DNA of 64,000 bases. Origin: Eledone cirrhosa (Eukaryota). Numbering within the stretch: the stretch's first letter is position 1; each line of letters starts with the position of its first letter. Location: positions 368,590,001 through 368,654,000 of the forward strand of contig OZ024741.1 of assembly GCA_964016885.1 (NCBI GenBank), written 5' to 3'. Position numbers and translations under genes: made by a program. The notes under the pieces were generated by a model, which saw nothing but the letters and a program-made list of their open reading frames with translations, did no database searches and was not told the DNA's origin. Shown in pieces: positions 12,301-26,400 of this stretch.

Positions 12301-14455
12301 AAATTGGAAAAATTCTTTCATATGAATGTTCATGTCCTGAGAAATAAATATCTACACCAAAGTTGCAGAAAAGGTCTTCCAAGCCATGACGAGGTTCCAA
12401 TGAGCTACCTATTCGTACCTGAGAATAAATAAGGAATTCAATCAGAATCAATATTTACTGTTTCTTGCAAATATGAAACAGTCATTTGTTTTTCATTTTA
12501 TAATCAATATTCTTCATAGGTGATTAACCTTATTGACTGTGAAAGAAAAACAATTAAGACTGAAATCCAAGAATTAAAATTTGATCACAACTTACTTCAC
12601 AAAGATATTCATATGACATTCTTGTGGACTTACTGTCATCAGCATCATTTTACATCCAGTTTTCCACACTGGCATAGATTAGACGAGTTCTGCTGTTGTG
12701 GGCAATGTTAAGTCAGGTGACCATGTCTTGCTCATACAGAACTAATTTTGGCTTGGTTTCTACAGCTGGATGCCCTTCCTAACACCAACCTCATTTACAG
12801 TGAGTACTGGGTGGTTTTTGTTGTGATACCTACATGACCACTTTACAGTGTGGTCTGGGTGCTTTTTACTGTGTCACCATCACAACCACTTTACAGTGTT
12901 TCGGCCTGTCCACATGAGAGATGTATGGGAGGGTGGGGTGGTGCATACTGTATATATGCTTCAGCTTCGGCCTGTGGGAAGTCGGGTCTTCTATCATTAC
13001 CTTTGAGAAGTGCCATTTGGCAAAGTCGGCTTTTATCACTTCATCCCACAGCTTCCTGGGTCTCCACAATAATTCATGATAGTTAGAATATCACAGATTT
13101 CCAGATTGCATTGTTGGATAGTTTTCTGCATAATAATTATAGCACAAGGTAATTGTATCTATTTCCAGCTGTGACTCAGGAAAGGTAACATTTTAGAAAA
13201 TGGTGGTGCCATAATTGATTGACATCAGATATGCTGCAAGCTATTTTATCATGTTCCAGGCCATACATGACCATACATTCATCTATATGATCAGTGGTTT
13301 ACACTTTCACAACTAGGTCTACTTAGCATTTGAAGGTCACCAACAAGTTTATAGATAAGGAAGTGACTTAATGAAATGCATCATTTATGATTAAATAAAA
13401 TCAGAAAATAGTACACATTTTCCCCACAAAATATATATTTAACCCAGCTTATAAGAAGTATATGCTATTGGTTAAAAATATCACACCAGTTCTGTATATA
13501 TTAGAACTATTAATCATGTTTGTATGGTGAAGACAGGTGAAATCATTAATATGCTTTATGATTGGGATACTTCATCTTATTCTTAGGATTAAAACAAAAA
13601 ATACAAGTATTGAATGCACTATTCTACTTACAGCATTGCTTTTATTATTACACATGGTAGGATCATCAGAATTAGAGCAGTACATTGGCTTATGAGCCAT
13701 AGCTATAATCCATGGACGTTTGGCACGGTTTTCAGGGAGATTAGCCTCTTCCAGATCTTTCTTTATCCACGAATATTGGTAATCTACGGTACGGTAGTCA
13801 AAGTAATAGTAATAAACTTCTGAACTGAAGCTTACAATGTGAACAGGACCCATGTTGAAACTGTAAAAAGAAATTAATATAAAGTTTCATTCATCCTTTT
13901 GATATCAGCATGTATCTGGTTCTAGAAAATAAATAACATCGGCTTAAAAGCATTTATATTTAAATGAAAACCTTCAGTGTCATTTTAAGTAAGAATCTTA
14001 CATTAAGTTGCATTACAAACACTAACTTAATATGTATATCCTTATCATTTTACACCTGCATTCCATGATTGTAGGGGTTGTCATAGTCTGAGTGACCTCA
14101 TTTGGCCCTTATACTCCATATTTGGCATGGCTTCAACAGCTAGACACCCTTCTTAATGTCAGTCATCATACAGACTGTCCTGGGCACATTTTATCATGGC
14201 ACCAGAACTGGAGAGTCCTCACTACCCCATATTGTCTATGTGTGACCACCAAAGAATTTACAGAGTGTACTTAGTATACTTTCTCCAAACCTCTCCCTCT
14301 CTCTCTATATATACACATACATAAATACAAGATGTAATATAGAAATGGCTTCTACAGAACTAGAACTGTTTCATTTGAGGGAAATCATCAGGAAAGCGTA
14401 TATACTCTGCTATGTATTGAGTACCTTACTTACTGTGGTTACCCCCCCGGTTGAA

Positions 14456-14496
<41 letters not shown>

Positions 14497-17400
14497 AAAC
14501 AATACACACACATACATACATATATATTAAAAACAACACACACACTCACATGTCTTCCTTTTTCTATTTTCTAATCTATCTCCCAATGAACTTTTTCTCT
14601 TTCATCCAAAGCATGAACCTAATAACACTAATTGTTTTTGTGCTTCTGTGTTATTTTTATTATATATATATATATATAATCATCATCATCATCACTTAAT
14701 GTCTATTTTCCATGCTAGCATGGGTTAGATGGGTTTGTCCCATTAGAGGTAAGTTGGGTTGGGTGACTGTGTCTTGCTCATAGAGGACTGTTTCTGGCTG
14801 GTTTTCTATGGCTGGATGCCCTTCCTATAGATGATGATGATGATTATATATAATGATTGTTTTAACCAACTTCCACGATGCTTGGCTATTTAATGGCCCT
14901 GCCTTGAATATTTGTTTTTTAAAATATAGACTTTTAATATCTAAAATTTTTTTATCATAGCTTGATATCTTTTGGGACACGCATTCTTTAAATCAAATAT
15001 TGATTTCCTGATGAGCTTTTATGATATGCGATTGCAGCTGTTTTATTGATTTGATAAATGAATCTGCAAATCATTATTTTTATATTTTTGCAATTGTATT
15101 TTGTTAAAATTGAAACGAACAGAGAAATTAATAAAATGATTTGAAGTGTTAATTTTGGTTTTACACCTAAAATAAATATATATATAAAATGATTTGAAGT
15201 ACTAATTTTGGTTTTACACCATAAATATATATATATATATATACATACAAACACACACACATCCTCTTAGCTTCGTATGGACGTATATGCACAGCTCTAT
15301 ATACAAAACGTTTTTTTTTTCTTTCAGATAGATGCACTCCATCATCACCTTTTCAAAAAAAGTATATCATACACAAAATGCCAGCATCAACAGTTTTCCA
15401 AGAGATGGCAACATGACTGGACCTGTTATTTTTCTCTAAAGATTTTTTTTCTGTTTCCACTCTGCCCATCACTTCAATCTTTCTATTTCTTCTATAATTT
15501 CTCACTATCTTCAAACTTACTTATAATTATAATATATTATGAAGAATAAAAATCAGATATACAGCACCTACCTATAAAACATGTTCTCTCCATCTCCATT
15601 TTCTGGCATTGAAAATCTGCGCTTGTAGTTAGAGAAGTTACTAGAAATGAAAAAAAAAAAAAAATTGATATAATAATAGTTTCTGATTTAGGCACAAGGC
15701 CAACAATTTCTTGGGCAGGGGAAAGTTGATTAAATCGACCCCAGTACATTACTGGAGCTTTATTTTATCGACCCAGTAAGGATGAACTCAGAATGTAAAG
15801 AGTCGTAACTATAAACTGCAAAGCATAATGTCCGATGCTCTATAGATACTGCCAATCCACTGCCCTTGATATAATAATGATAAATATTTTTAATACATAT
15901 AATATCACCATCATCATTTTACTTCTGTCTTTCCAAGCTATAATAAGTTGGATGAGCCCAATATTGAGGCAGCATTTTACAGCCATAAGCCTTTCCTGTT
16001 ACCAACTCACCAATCCCATTTAGTTACTAGAAAAGGTTGGTGACAAGAAGGGCATCTGAATAAAAAACACTGCTTCAAAATTAGACCCATTTAACCCATG
16101 CCAACATGTGGATGTAAAATGATGATATTTATAACATTATTACAAAACTCCACGAACATTCATTGTTGAAACTGATGGAGGTTTATCCTGTGTGTGCATG
16201 TGTCATAATACATTTGGTTCGTATGACCTTAAGACTAGTAATAACTAAAAGGGGAATGAACTGTGTCAGGCTATCTTATCCTCAACATATTCAATAAGAT
16301 AAATCCTTGGTGGTGACCATTCAACCAAGTAAAGAGGGTTGTAGAATAACAAATAACCAAAAATAACTTGTTTATAATAGTTCAATCTAATTATTATATT
16401 CATCCAACTTTGTTCTAATGATTATGGTATAGCACAGAAACTAGATGCCATAAAATACTCAGATTTATTTATTTTGATTTTATTTCACATTTTGTAAACA
16501 AGGAGCCTTTAGGTTCCAACCCAGCTAAAACCGGTTCTGGTTCTATGAAATAAAACCACCCATTTTAAAGGTTCTTCTTCTTTTTCAGGAATAAGTAGGC
16601 AAAGGAGAAGAACCTTTACTGAAACCAAAATGATAGATTTAATGATAACTGTACACAACCATAGAGAATTTTAAATCTCCAGTTGAGAAGATAACAAACT
16701 ACATCACCAATGCTATGCTGTGTCCCTGGACAATACTCTTAAGTGGTACAGTTAATATAACTATAAATAGGGATCACTGACAAGAAAATCTTATGTTTGT
16801 AAACAGGGCTAGCACTGTATAAAAGAAGTATTTTGTTAGCTTGCAGTGCTGAATTAAAACCTTATATTTTGTACAGATTAGATCAAGACTGGCTGCACTA
16901 GTCAACATATTCTAGACCAGGGGTGTGTAACATATTCCATTGGCAGGCCACTTTTGAACATTGGAACAACTATAAGGGCCATTATTATTTATTAAGCACT
17001 ATTCCAAAGATTCACCACAACTTCTTTCCATAACATGAAACTAGGAAATTATAACACACATAACCCTATCAGTGAAGCCCTTTAATATAGGTCAACTAAC
17101 AGAAAATTGTATTATGGTTACGAAAAAAATTCTAAATAAGTCTACAAGGTAAAAATTTTAAATGGTCATCGCGGGCCACCTGTTGCACGCCCCTGTTCTA
17201 GACACACTACATGAAGACAAAGTTTCCAGTGGCTGTCAATATGAACAATATTGTAGTGCAAGTGATAATCTACTGTCAAACAATACTTACTATGCTTGTT
17301 CATGGTTACCAGGACATACCATATAAGGAACATAGGCAGCGATTGGTTCAATTTGCCGCATAAAAACGTCTCCCATTCGTGCATTATCCTTTTTGAAGAA

Positions 17401-20400
17401 TAAAGAACATGGCATTAGTAACCAAAATAAAGTGAATGTGTGTGTATTTATGTTATAAATGTATGTTGTTATTTATATATATGTATAGAGGAGGCCCAAG
17501 GAAGACTTGGGCAGAAGTTGTGAGTGCTGATCTCAAAACACTGACTCTTAATCAGGTTCATGAAGGACTGTGACAAGTGGAGGGATGGTGTGCTGGTAAA
17601 GACTTGCCCAACTCATGCAAGCATGGAAAAACAGACGTAAAACACTGATGATAATAATGATGGTGATATAACCGTTTTACTATCATTTTTTTTTTAGTCA
17701 CCTAGGTGAGTATGTTTTTTTGTAAACAGGCATTTACATACTATTTTTATAGTACATGTTTATAACTGGAAGCTTTACCGCCTACTAAGAAATAGAATAT
17801 ATAAGTCAGTTATTACTAACCAATACTCATTTGTTGTTGTTATGACTAAAGTCAACCCTGATTGAACAGACCCACAGTCAAAGAAATTTCCCCAGGGACA
17901 ATACATGCATGACCACATAATCCAAAATATTTTTCTTTTAGTAAGATGGTAGGATATGTTTTAGTGAAGGTTTGGCAGCTATTTCTAGTAGCTTGAATGC
18001 TACAAGGGATGCTCTCTGATACTCATCTAATATTGACGTTTGAAAGAGGAAAGGCAAGATTTAACTAAATACTACAATGTATTTAGTCATTTTACCCTCT
18101 CTAAATAAAGTTTTACAGCCATTTTAACATTACTAACATGATAATAATAATTGTTTCTACTTCGATTACTGGTACTTTATTTTATTGACCCCGTAAAGAT
18201 AAAAAGCAAAGCTAACCTCAGTGGGATTTGAACTCAGAACATAAAGCTCCATAACTCTAGGTAACAAAGCATGGTGTCTGATGCTCTACCGATACTGTCA
18301 ATCCACTGCTAATAATAATGGTTTCTAACTTAGGTACTAGGCCAGTCCTTTTTAGAAAAGACTTGATTGGTATTTTATTTCAATCATAGAAGAAAGAAAG
18401 GAAAAGTTGACCTTTGAACTGAGAAAAAGGAGGAGGAGGAAAGAACATATAAAGAGAAAAATACAAGAAAAGAATTGGAATAGAATTACTTACTGTTTCC
18501 ATGTTGTATGCCATGTCACCTAGAAGAAGAAGAAAAATAGTAAAGTTCATTTTAATTAATAAATTATTGACATACATACAAAAAATACTTTTTGAAAGAA
18601 GCTTCTATGTGATTGCTCAACCCTTCTAGAAAAAGTAGCTTCAGAGAATCGTTAGAGCAGTAGTCTCTGAACTATGCACACCAGTGCACATCAGATGAGC
18701 ATTAGTCTCCAAACTATGCACACCAGTGCACATCAGATTTAATGATTAAAGAAGGAAGTTAGCTAGATCCTGAATTTGAACACCAGCATCTTTGGCTATG
18801 ATATCTGGATATGAGAGCTTGCTGTGACCTCTTTGTCTTGAGACAGGTGCAAGTTTCCAAAGCACCAAAGAGGACAGAGATTCATTTGAGGCCCAATGAC
18901 AATGGCCAGCAAACCTCACCCTCCTTTTACATACAACATCAAGCTCAAGATGGCAGTACTAACAAAAAAGTTGAAGATTTTAAGTACCTCGGATCCTGGA
19001 TCATGGATTCTGTGAAGGACTTAACCACTGGAAAAGCCCAAGCATGGTCAGGTTAGACTGTATTTGGTGTTCCAATGTCACGCTCTTCCAAGCCACAATC
19101 AATTCAATACTATTCTATAGTAGTGAGACTTGGACACTCTCAGCTAAGCAACACAAACATCTTGACAGAGCTATACACTTCTCAAATGCTTTCAGACATA
19201 AGTTGGAGGGAACACAAGACTCCCAGAGAGATATATAATGGTCTGCTGCATATAACTGATATAACGCATATAACCAATTTAGATACAAAGTGTGCCAAAA
19301 GATTTTTATTTGTTCTAAAGTAAACCACTAGTAAAAAGAAGTTTGGGAACAACTGCATCAAAGCATCAGACAAAATGCCTTGCAATATTTATTTTCTGAA
19401 GTCAAATTACACCAAAGTCAATTTAGTCTTTCACCCTTCCAGGGTTGATAGAATAAGTACCAGTTGAAGCCTTGTGCCAATGTAAGTAATCAATATTATG
19501 AAATCCTTTCAATGCAGAGGTGTGGCAGAATTAGTTGAGCATAAGACTTTATCTTACAGTATTTCATACTGCTTTTGTACAAATTAGAAACCATCATATT
19601 ACACAGGTAATGGGGTGTCACATATAACTAAATGCATCCCAGTAGTTAAACCTGCCTTCAAAATAAACCTTCAAACAATGTAAAAAGTCAATCTAAGTTC
19701 CTTACCAACATGTAATACAGCATCAAAAAATCCACGTTGTGCACCTTCTTGGAGTCTTGGAATAGAGCGGCCATTTACATTGCCCATATCTCCATAAACT
19801 GCCAGTTTAGGGCTCCATTTCTGACCAGATTTCATTGCTTTGAAGAAGTAAATTCCACTCCATCCCTTCAATCCACCACAATGGTATACTAGAATTGGAA
19901 CAACAAAGATTTACAACTCGTCAGTTACTATAATGGAAGAACATATAGAGGTGAGCTAAAATAAAAGACTATTTTGATTCAGTATAATGGATTATGGAGT
20001 GACAGTTCAGTAGGCCAGAGGCATGGACATATGGTTCTGAGTTCAAATCCACAATACAGTACACTTGGTCATGTGTCTTCTACTATAGTTTCAGGTTGAC
20101 CCAAATGAGGTGAATAAAATGGTGTAGAGAGAAACTGGATGGGCTGTACCAGTTATTGTGTTGTTTATTATATATATGTTCCCTGGTTAAACACTATTAT
20201 GTGACCCTTGAGTGTCTTTAGCATAGCAGGTCTCTAGTTTGAGGATAAAAATGTTTTCCTACCTTGTTTACCAATCTCGGTGTCCTTATAAAATGTGGTC
20301 ATAAGATAAATATTAGAGGCAGGAGGTGGTAAGTAGCAAACATCCGACCCTCTACCGGTACTGCCAATCCACCGCCCTTTATTTAAATAATAATCAAGTG

Positions 20401-23400
20401 AATTTGAAAGCCAGCAACAATGGTTAGCAACAAGCTGGGAGTATCAGTGACAATGTGTCACCTGCTGTGTAGTTAGTTACTATGGTGATATCTATCTGTA
20501 TTTCCACACAGTCTCTTTCTCAATATCTCCCATGGAAAAAATAGTTTCGGTTGACAAATTTTAGGAATGAATTAAGTTTGTAAACCAATGTGTCACTGTT
20601 TATAGTTTCAGTGAGACATTCAGACATACATACAATGGTACACAATGATGCACACACACACACACACATACATAAACATATATATATATATAAACATATA
20701 TATATATATATATATATGTATGTATCATAATGTAGTTGTAAAACATGTATCAGTATATGTTTTAGAGACCTTGGTAATGCCAGGTATACTTCTAGTGTGT
20801 GGGCATGAGTGGTTATGGAGGTAGCTGTGATATGATCCCAGTGAGACTATGTATGATTATTATACATAAACAAATTGTATATGTTTCCATATATATATAT
20901 ACACACACATGCATACTTGATTGCAAATGATGGCTGTCATTTTATGAGAGAGAGAAAGAGAAAGAGAAAGAGAGAGAGAGAGAGAGAGAATTCAATAATA
21001 AATTTTATAACTTACTGTATTTCTGTCCTGGTTCCAGATCGGTTAATGTAGCACTGTGCATATATATACAGCGTTTCTCAGTGCCACCATCTACATATAG
21101 GGTTTGAGTTCCTGGAACCATATATCTTAATGAATCTAGACCATATTCAACTATTGAAGAGTTAGTGGCTAATATGGTCACCCAAGTAACCACCATCTGA
21201 GTGGGATCATCTGAAAATTATAATTAATAGAATACAATTAATGTATATTTACAGACTACCATATTTAGAAGACACATTTTCACTCCAAAATTTACTTGCA
21301 TCATATACACCAAAGGTGTAAATAACAACAGTTACTACTATTTTTATTATTATTATTATTATTGTTTTACCTTTTCCTTCAGTATTGTTTCTGATATATG
21401 CCGAGTGTCTTCTATTATTATTATGAGGGTGGTGGATTGGCAGTATCGATAGAGAGTCGGACACCAAGCTTTGCAGCATAGAGTTATGGCCCTTAATGTT
21501 CTGAATTCAAATCCTGCCCAGGTTAACTTTTCCTTTCAACCTTAAGGGGTCAATAAAATAAAGCACCAGTAAAGCACTGGGGTTGATTTAATCAACATTC
21601 CCCTTCCCCCAAATTACTGGTCTTGTTCTTATAGTAGAAATCCTTATTATTACGAGGGAGATTAAATGTGAGGCATATCACCCCGAGCAGCTCAGTACAT
21701 ACACTGGGCGATATGATGCACATGCAATCTCCCCCATAAAAAGCACAAATTACCACAAGCTACTCAAAATACTGAAGTCTCAGTATTGAAAGAGACAGGG
21801 AAATCCAAGCCAATCAACTAGATATTATCATAAAAAATTTTGTTGAAGAATCTTGTCTCATCAGTGTCACAGTCTTAGCTGGCAAAACACCTCAATAAAT
21901 ACAAGACCTTGAATAGTAATTAGTAGAATGTGGCATCCCAAAACAATTGCATTACCTTTAATGATTGAAGCAATAGGGATGATATCCAAGGCTGCATACT
22001 GTTATATAACTCAATTTGCTGGCTGCCCTAAAATCAGTGAGTTGCAAAAATTATTTTCACATGTTTTGTACAAGTTTCTCTCCATATAGGCATAAAAGTG
22101 AAGGTGTGTGGCTTAGTGGTTAGCGGGTTGGATTTGCAATCGTGAAGTTGTGAGTTAAATTCTCAGACCAGGTGATGCCTTATGTCCTTCAGCAAGACAC
22201 TTTATTTCATGTTGCTCTTTCTACCAGGAACTGCAACTGGTAGATAGTATCAGCAATGGAAAGACCAATGGAAACATTTGACGAGGTCCACCCTACTTGG
22301 CAAGCGAATGAGGTCTGGGATTTTGTCGATTGATTAGAGTGAGCGAGGCATACAAATATACACACACTCACAGGTTGTATACTAAAACCTCTGGATTATA
22401 TTGCTAATATAATAGGGGCAGTGGATTGGCAGTATCGGTAGAGGGTCGGATGCCATGCTTTCCAGCATAGAGTTATGGCTCTTTCCATTCTGAGTTCAAA
22501 TCCTGCCGAGGTTAACTTTGCCTTTCATCCTTATGGGGTCGATAAAATAAAGTACCAGTAATGTACTTGGTAATTGCTGGCCTTGTGCCAACAGTAGAAA
22601 CAATTATATTGCTAATCTTACAACTATACAGCTACATCATCTCTTATCACTAATGAACTTACTGTCTCTTGATGTTTCTGGTTGAGACTTGGAGGCTGCT
22701 TATGTAAACATAATAATAATGGTTTCTTATTTAGGCACAGGGCCAGTAATTTTGGGGAAGGGGTACTTTATTTTATCAACTCCGTAGGGATGAACAGCAA
22801 AGCTAACGTTGGCAGGATTTGAACTCAGAATGTAAAAGACTGTAACTTAAAGCTGTGAAGTATGTTGTCCACCACCAAAATAATAATGATGATGATGATT
22901 TATTCATCACAAAGGCTAGCATATAATACAGTAAACATTATAAACATAGGGGTTACAATACATGTGGGGCTGGACAAAGTTGAATGAAGGGGCACAGGCA
23001 TTATATGATATAAGAGACAGATAAAATTTGATAAAACTATAATATAAAACATGACAAACATTTAGTGTTACCTATCTACACACAGGTAGGAACCCACGAA
23101 TTATGTAGAGTCAGAGCATCCAACTCTTTTGTAAGCTTACCATGCACTATATACTTTCTGGTGATAACTTAAATCGGTTGTAAGCATTAAAAAAAATTAT
23201 AATATCTATACTATACACAGATCATGTATAAATATGGTTGTATATTTAAGTAGACATGCATAGTTAATACCAATAATGATACTTCTCTATTAAAAAAACT
23301 ATTTATAATACATCCACATTTGTGGGGAAAAAAGGTTTTGAGTTAAATAAATAAACTTGTGAGTCAATGTTTTGAGATCTTTTATGTCTGGAAAAATAGT

Positions 23401-26400
23401 CTATCATGTTGAACTTTGTTCAATAAAAATATTTAAAATATTACTATAACTTTTTTCTAAAACATTTTTCTTCAAAATGAGGTTTTTGTTTTTATACACC
23501 AGCACATATAAACTAAAAAAATAACACATTTTTGCAGAAGTAAGTGTATATGAGAGTAGTATATATGAGTTTGCCAACACTACACCTAATATTCCTCCTG
23601 CATACACATACATTTCATTTCATTTTACGTCCGCTTTTTCCCTGCTTGCAAGGGTGGAACGGGAACTGATTTTTGGCTCGATTTCTACAGCTGGATGCTT
23701 CCTAACACCAACACATGTATATCATGACTCATACACTATTCACTTCCCTGACATTTGTATATTATTCTATGTACTTTACACAATAATTTCAGCACTTTAC
23801 ACAATAATTTCATTATTATTATATGTAACTGGTTCAATGCTTACACTTAATTCATATAATGAACTAAGTTCATTATATGAACTATTAATGAGCCAACAAA
23901 GGAACCCCTATGCAATTATTTGATCTGCTAGAAATAGCAGCCAAACCTCCTTCAAGGCACACTATGCATTTTTTAATGTTACATTAGATAATGTAGTTCT
24001 GGATAACCTTAGAAAGACATGATGGTCGGGACTGGAAAATAGGTCTGCATGATTAGGGTTGGTCTCAGATAAAAACCCAAACAGCAACAACAGCATACCT
24101 GGCATGGCTGTCAATAAATTAAGTGCTGGATTGACATAGGAAAGTTTATTCAATTATGAACTATATTGATGCTTTGATTTACTTTATAAGCAAATGGAAA
24201 TGGCTTTAGGCTTTGATTTGGTTGTTGCTGTTAAGCTCTAGGTCAACCCTAATCTAGTAGGCATGTTATTAAAGATGTTCCAGAACTACATTATCCAAAA
24301 TGTCTTTTCTTTCTTTTTAAGATGATAGAGTGTAATCTGAGAGAGATTAAGCTGATATTTCTAGCAAGTTGGGCAACCACATAGAGACTTCCTTTGTAGG
24401 CACAATTATACCTTGGTTGAAATAGATGTGACTAGATTGAAATATAATCTAAAATAGAGAAGTAAGATCTCTTTGTTAATCTGGGGCAAACATAAACATA
24501 AATTTAGTCTTCCAACCAGAGCAGTGAGGCTGTTGAAAGTTATACAGAGTTCAATTCCCATGAACTGTAGAAATCAAGCCAAAATCAGTTCCCGTATGAG
24601 CATGACATGGTCACCAGACCTGGCATTGCCCACAACAGGATAACCTGTCTAACCCATGTTAGCATGGAAGAATGGACATAAAACGGTGATGATGATGATA
24701 ACCAGTCAAGGAACTAAACAGGTTTTGTTACAACAGACAAAACAAAATAACATAATTGTTTGAAACCATTAAAATGTGAAAGAAGATGCACGAAGGGAAA
24801 GTTGCTGTGTTATCATCTTCATGACTATAGAATTACTAAATGTAAAAACATGGTAAATTATGATTGAAAGTTTTTACATAAATATAAAGTTTAACCCTTC
24901 AGCATTTAAACTGGCCATATCTGGCCAGAATTAACCCACCTCTTACTGTTTAAACCGGCTGTAACCGGCCACTCATACTGATATTAAGGTATTGTTCTTA
25001 ACTATAATATCGAATCTATGAGATTTTGACATCATGTGAGATAATTATGTAAGGTAAAGACTTTACCATGAAAATATAATACTATAGTAATGTAAAATAT
25101 AATACTATAGTAATGTAAATGCTAAAGGGTTAAAACAAATATTCATGAGTGAATAATAATTGTTTCTACTTTTGGCACAAGACCAGCAATTATCCAGTGC
25201 ATTACTGGTACTTTATTTTATCGACCCCGTAAGGGTGAAAAGCAAAGTTAACCTCGATGGGATTTGAACTCAGACCGTAAAGGGACGTAAGCTGCAACGC
25301 ATGGCGTCCGACCCTCTACCGATACTTCACAAATACATTTAGCTATCCACCATGTTAAAAACGAAAACAAATTTTGTTTTTTTAAAAGAAATAGTTTTGT
25401 ATATTAGAACTTGGGGCAGTTTGGTATCAAAAGGGTGAACAGCAAAAGTAGAAAATAAATGTTTAAAAAATCAGTATGTATGCTGAAATAATGATTTTTT
25501 AGACTAGGATGTACAAGAGAAGTAGTGGAATTACAGAAGGTAGATTTTGGAGGTAGTAGAAGCACAGGAGAAGACAGCACTAAGAACTCACATGAAATAT
25601 GTTACCCCAATTGCTTAAGCAGCTCCCTAGACGTTGACAAATTTTGTTACCTAGGTGACCAAATTTGCAGGGAGTATGCATGCTCTGAAAGCATAGTAGT
25701 TGAGGTAAGAATGGACTGGATGAAGTATAGCATATTAGTTCTTTTGCAGACAATAAAGGGTTCTCTTAGAGTGAATGGTAGAGTGTATGATGCATGTGTA
25801 CAAACTTCAATGTTACATGGTAATGAGATAATGTCCTTGACTTCAAAAGATCTGCAAAAGCTAAAAATAATTGAAGTGAGTATGCTCCCGTGGATGTGTA
25901 ATGTTAGAGTGGATGTATGACATACCTGTGGAAGAGAGGGACCAAGGATAACATGAAACAAAGTTGTGAAGAATGAATTAAAAAAAAATGAACCCCACAT
26001 ATGCCATAATACAAAAAAACCTGTCCACCAGTATAAGCACTGTGATACTAAAGGTAAACAGTTAAGAGACTGGAGGCTACAGTGTTTGGTCATAAAACAG
26101 AGATAATGTAGAGTCTGAAAGGACTCTTCAGTCTGGCCAAGAATGTGACAATGTCTCAAGTGCTGGTGCCACAATAAAATGTACCTAGTAGACCCTTTAA
26201 AGAATTAATGTTAGTGCCATAATGGCCACTCTGTAAAGTGGTAGTTCTGATATGAAAAATGCACTCAGTACACCTGGTAAGGTGATTGATGTTAGGAAAG
26301 GTATCCAGTCATAGAAACAACATCAAATATGGAATGTAACAAGCAAAATTGGTCATTCCAACCCATCTAGTTTTAGACTGTGACACCCCATTCAACCCAT

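Noticed and set aside
18661-18738. 42-bp tandem duplication near the microexon
   Set aside because: Simple two-copy slippage duplication with no evidence of function.
22415-22510. tRNA gene calls from A and B boxes
   Set aside because: These are SINE heads continuing into a repeated body and (TTA)n tail, many copies, no cloverleaf.
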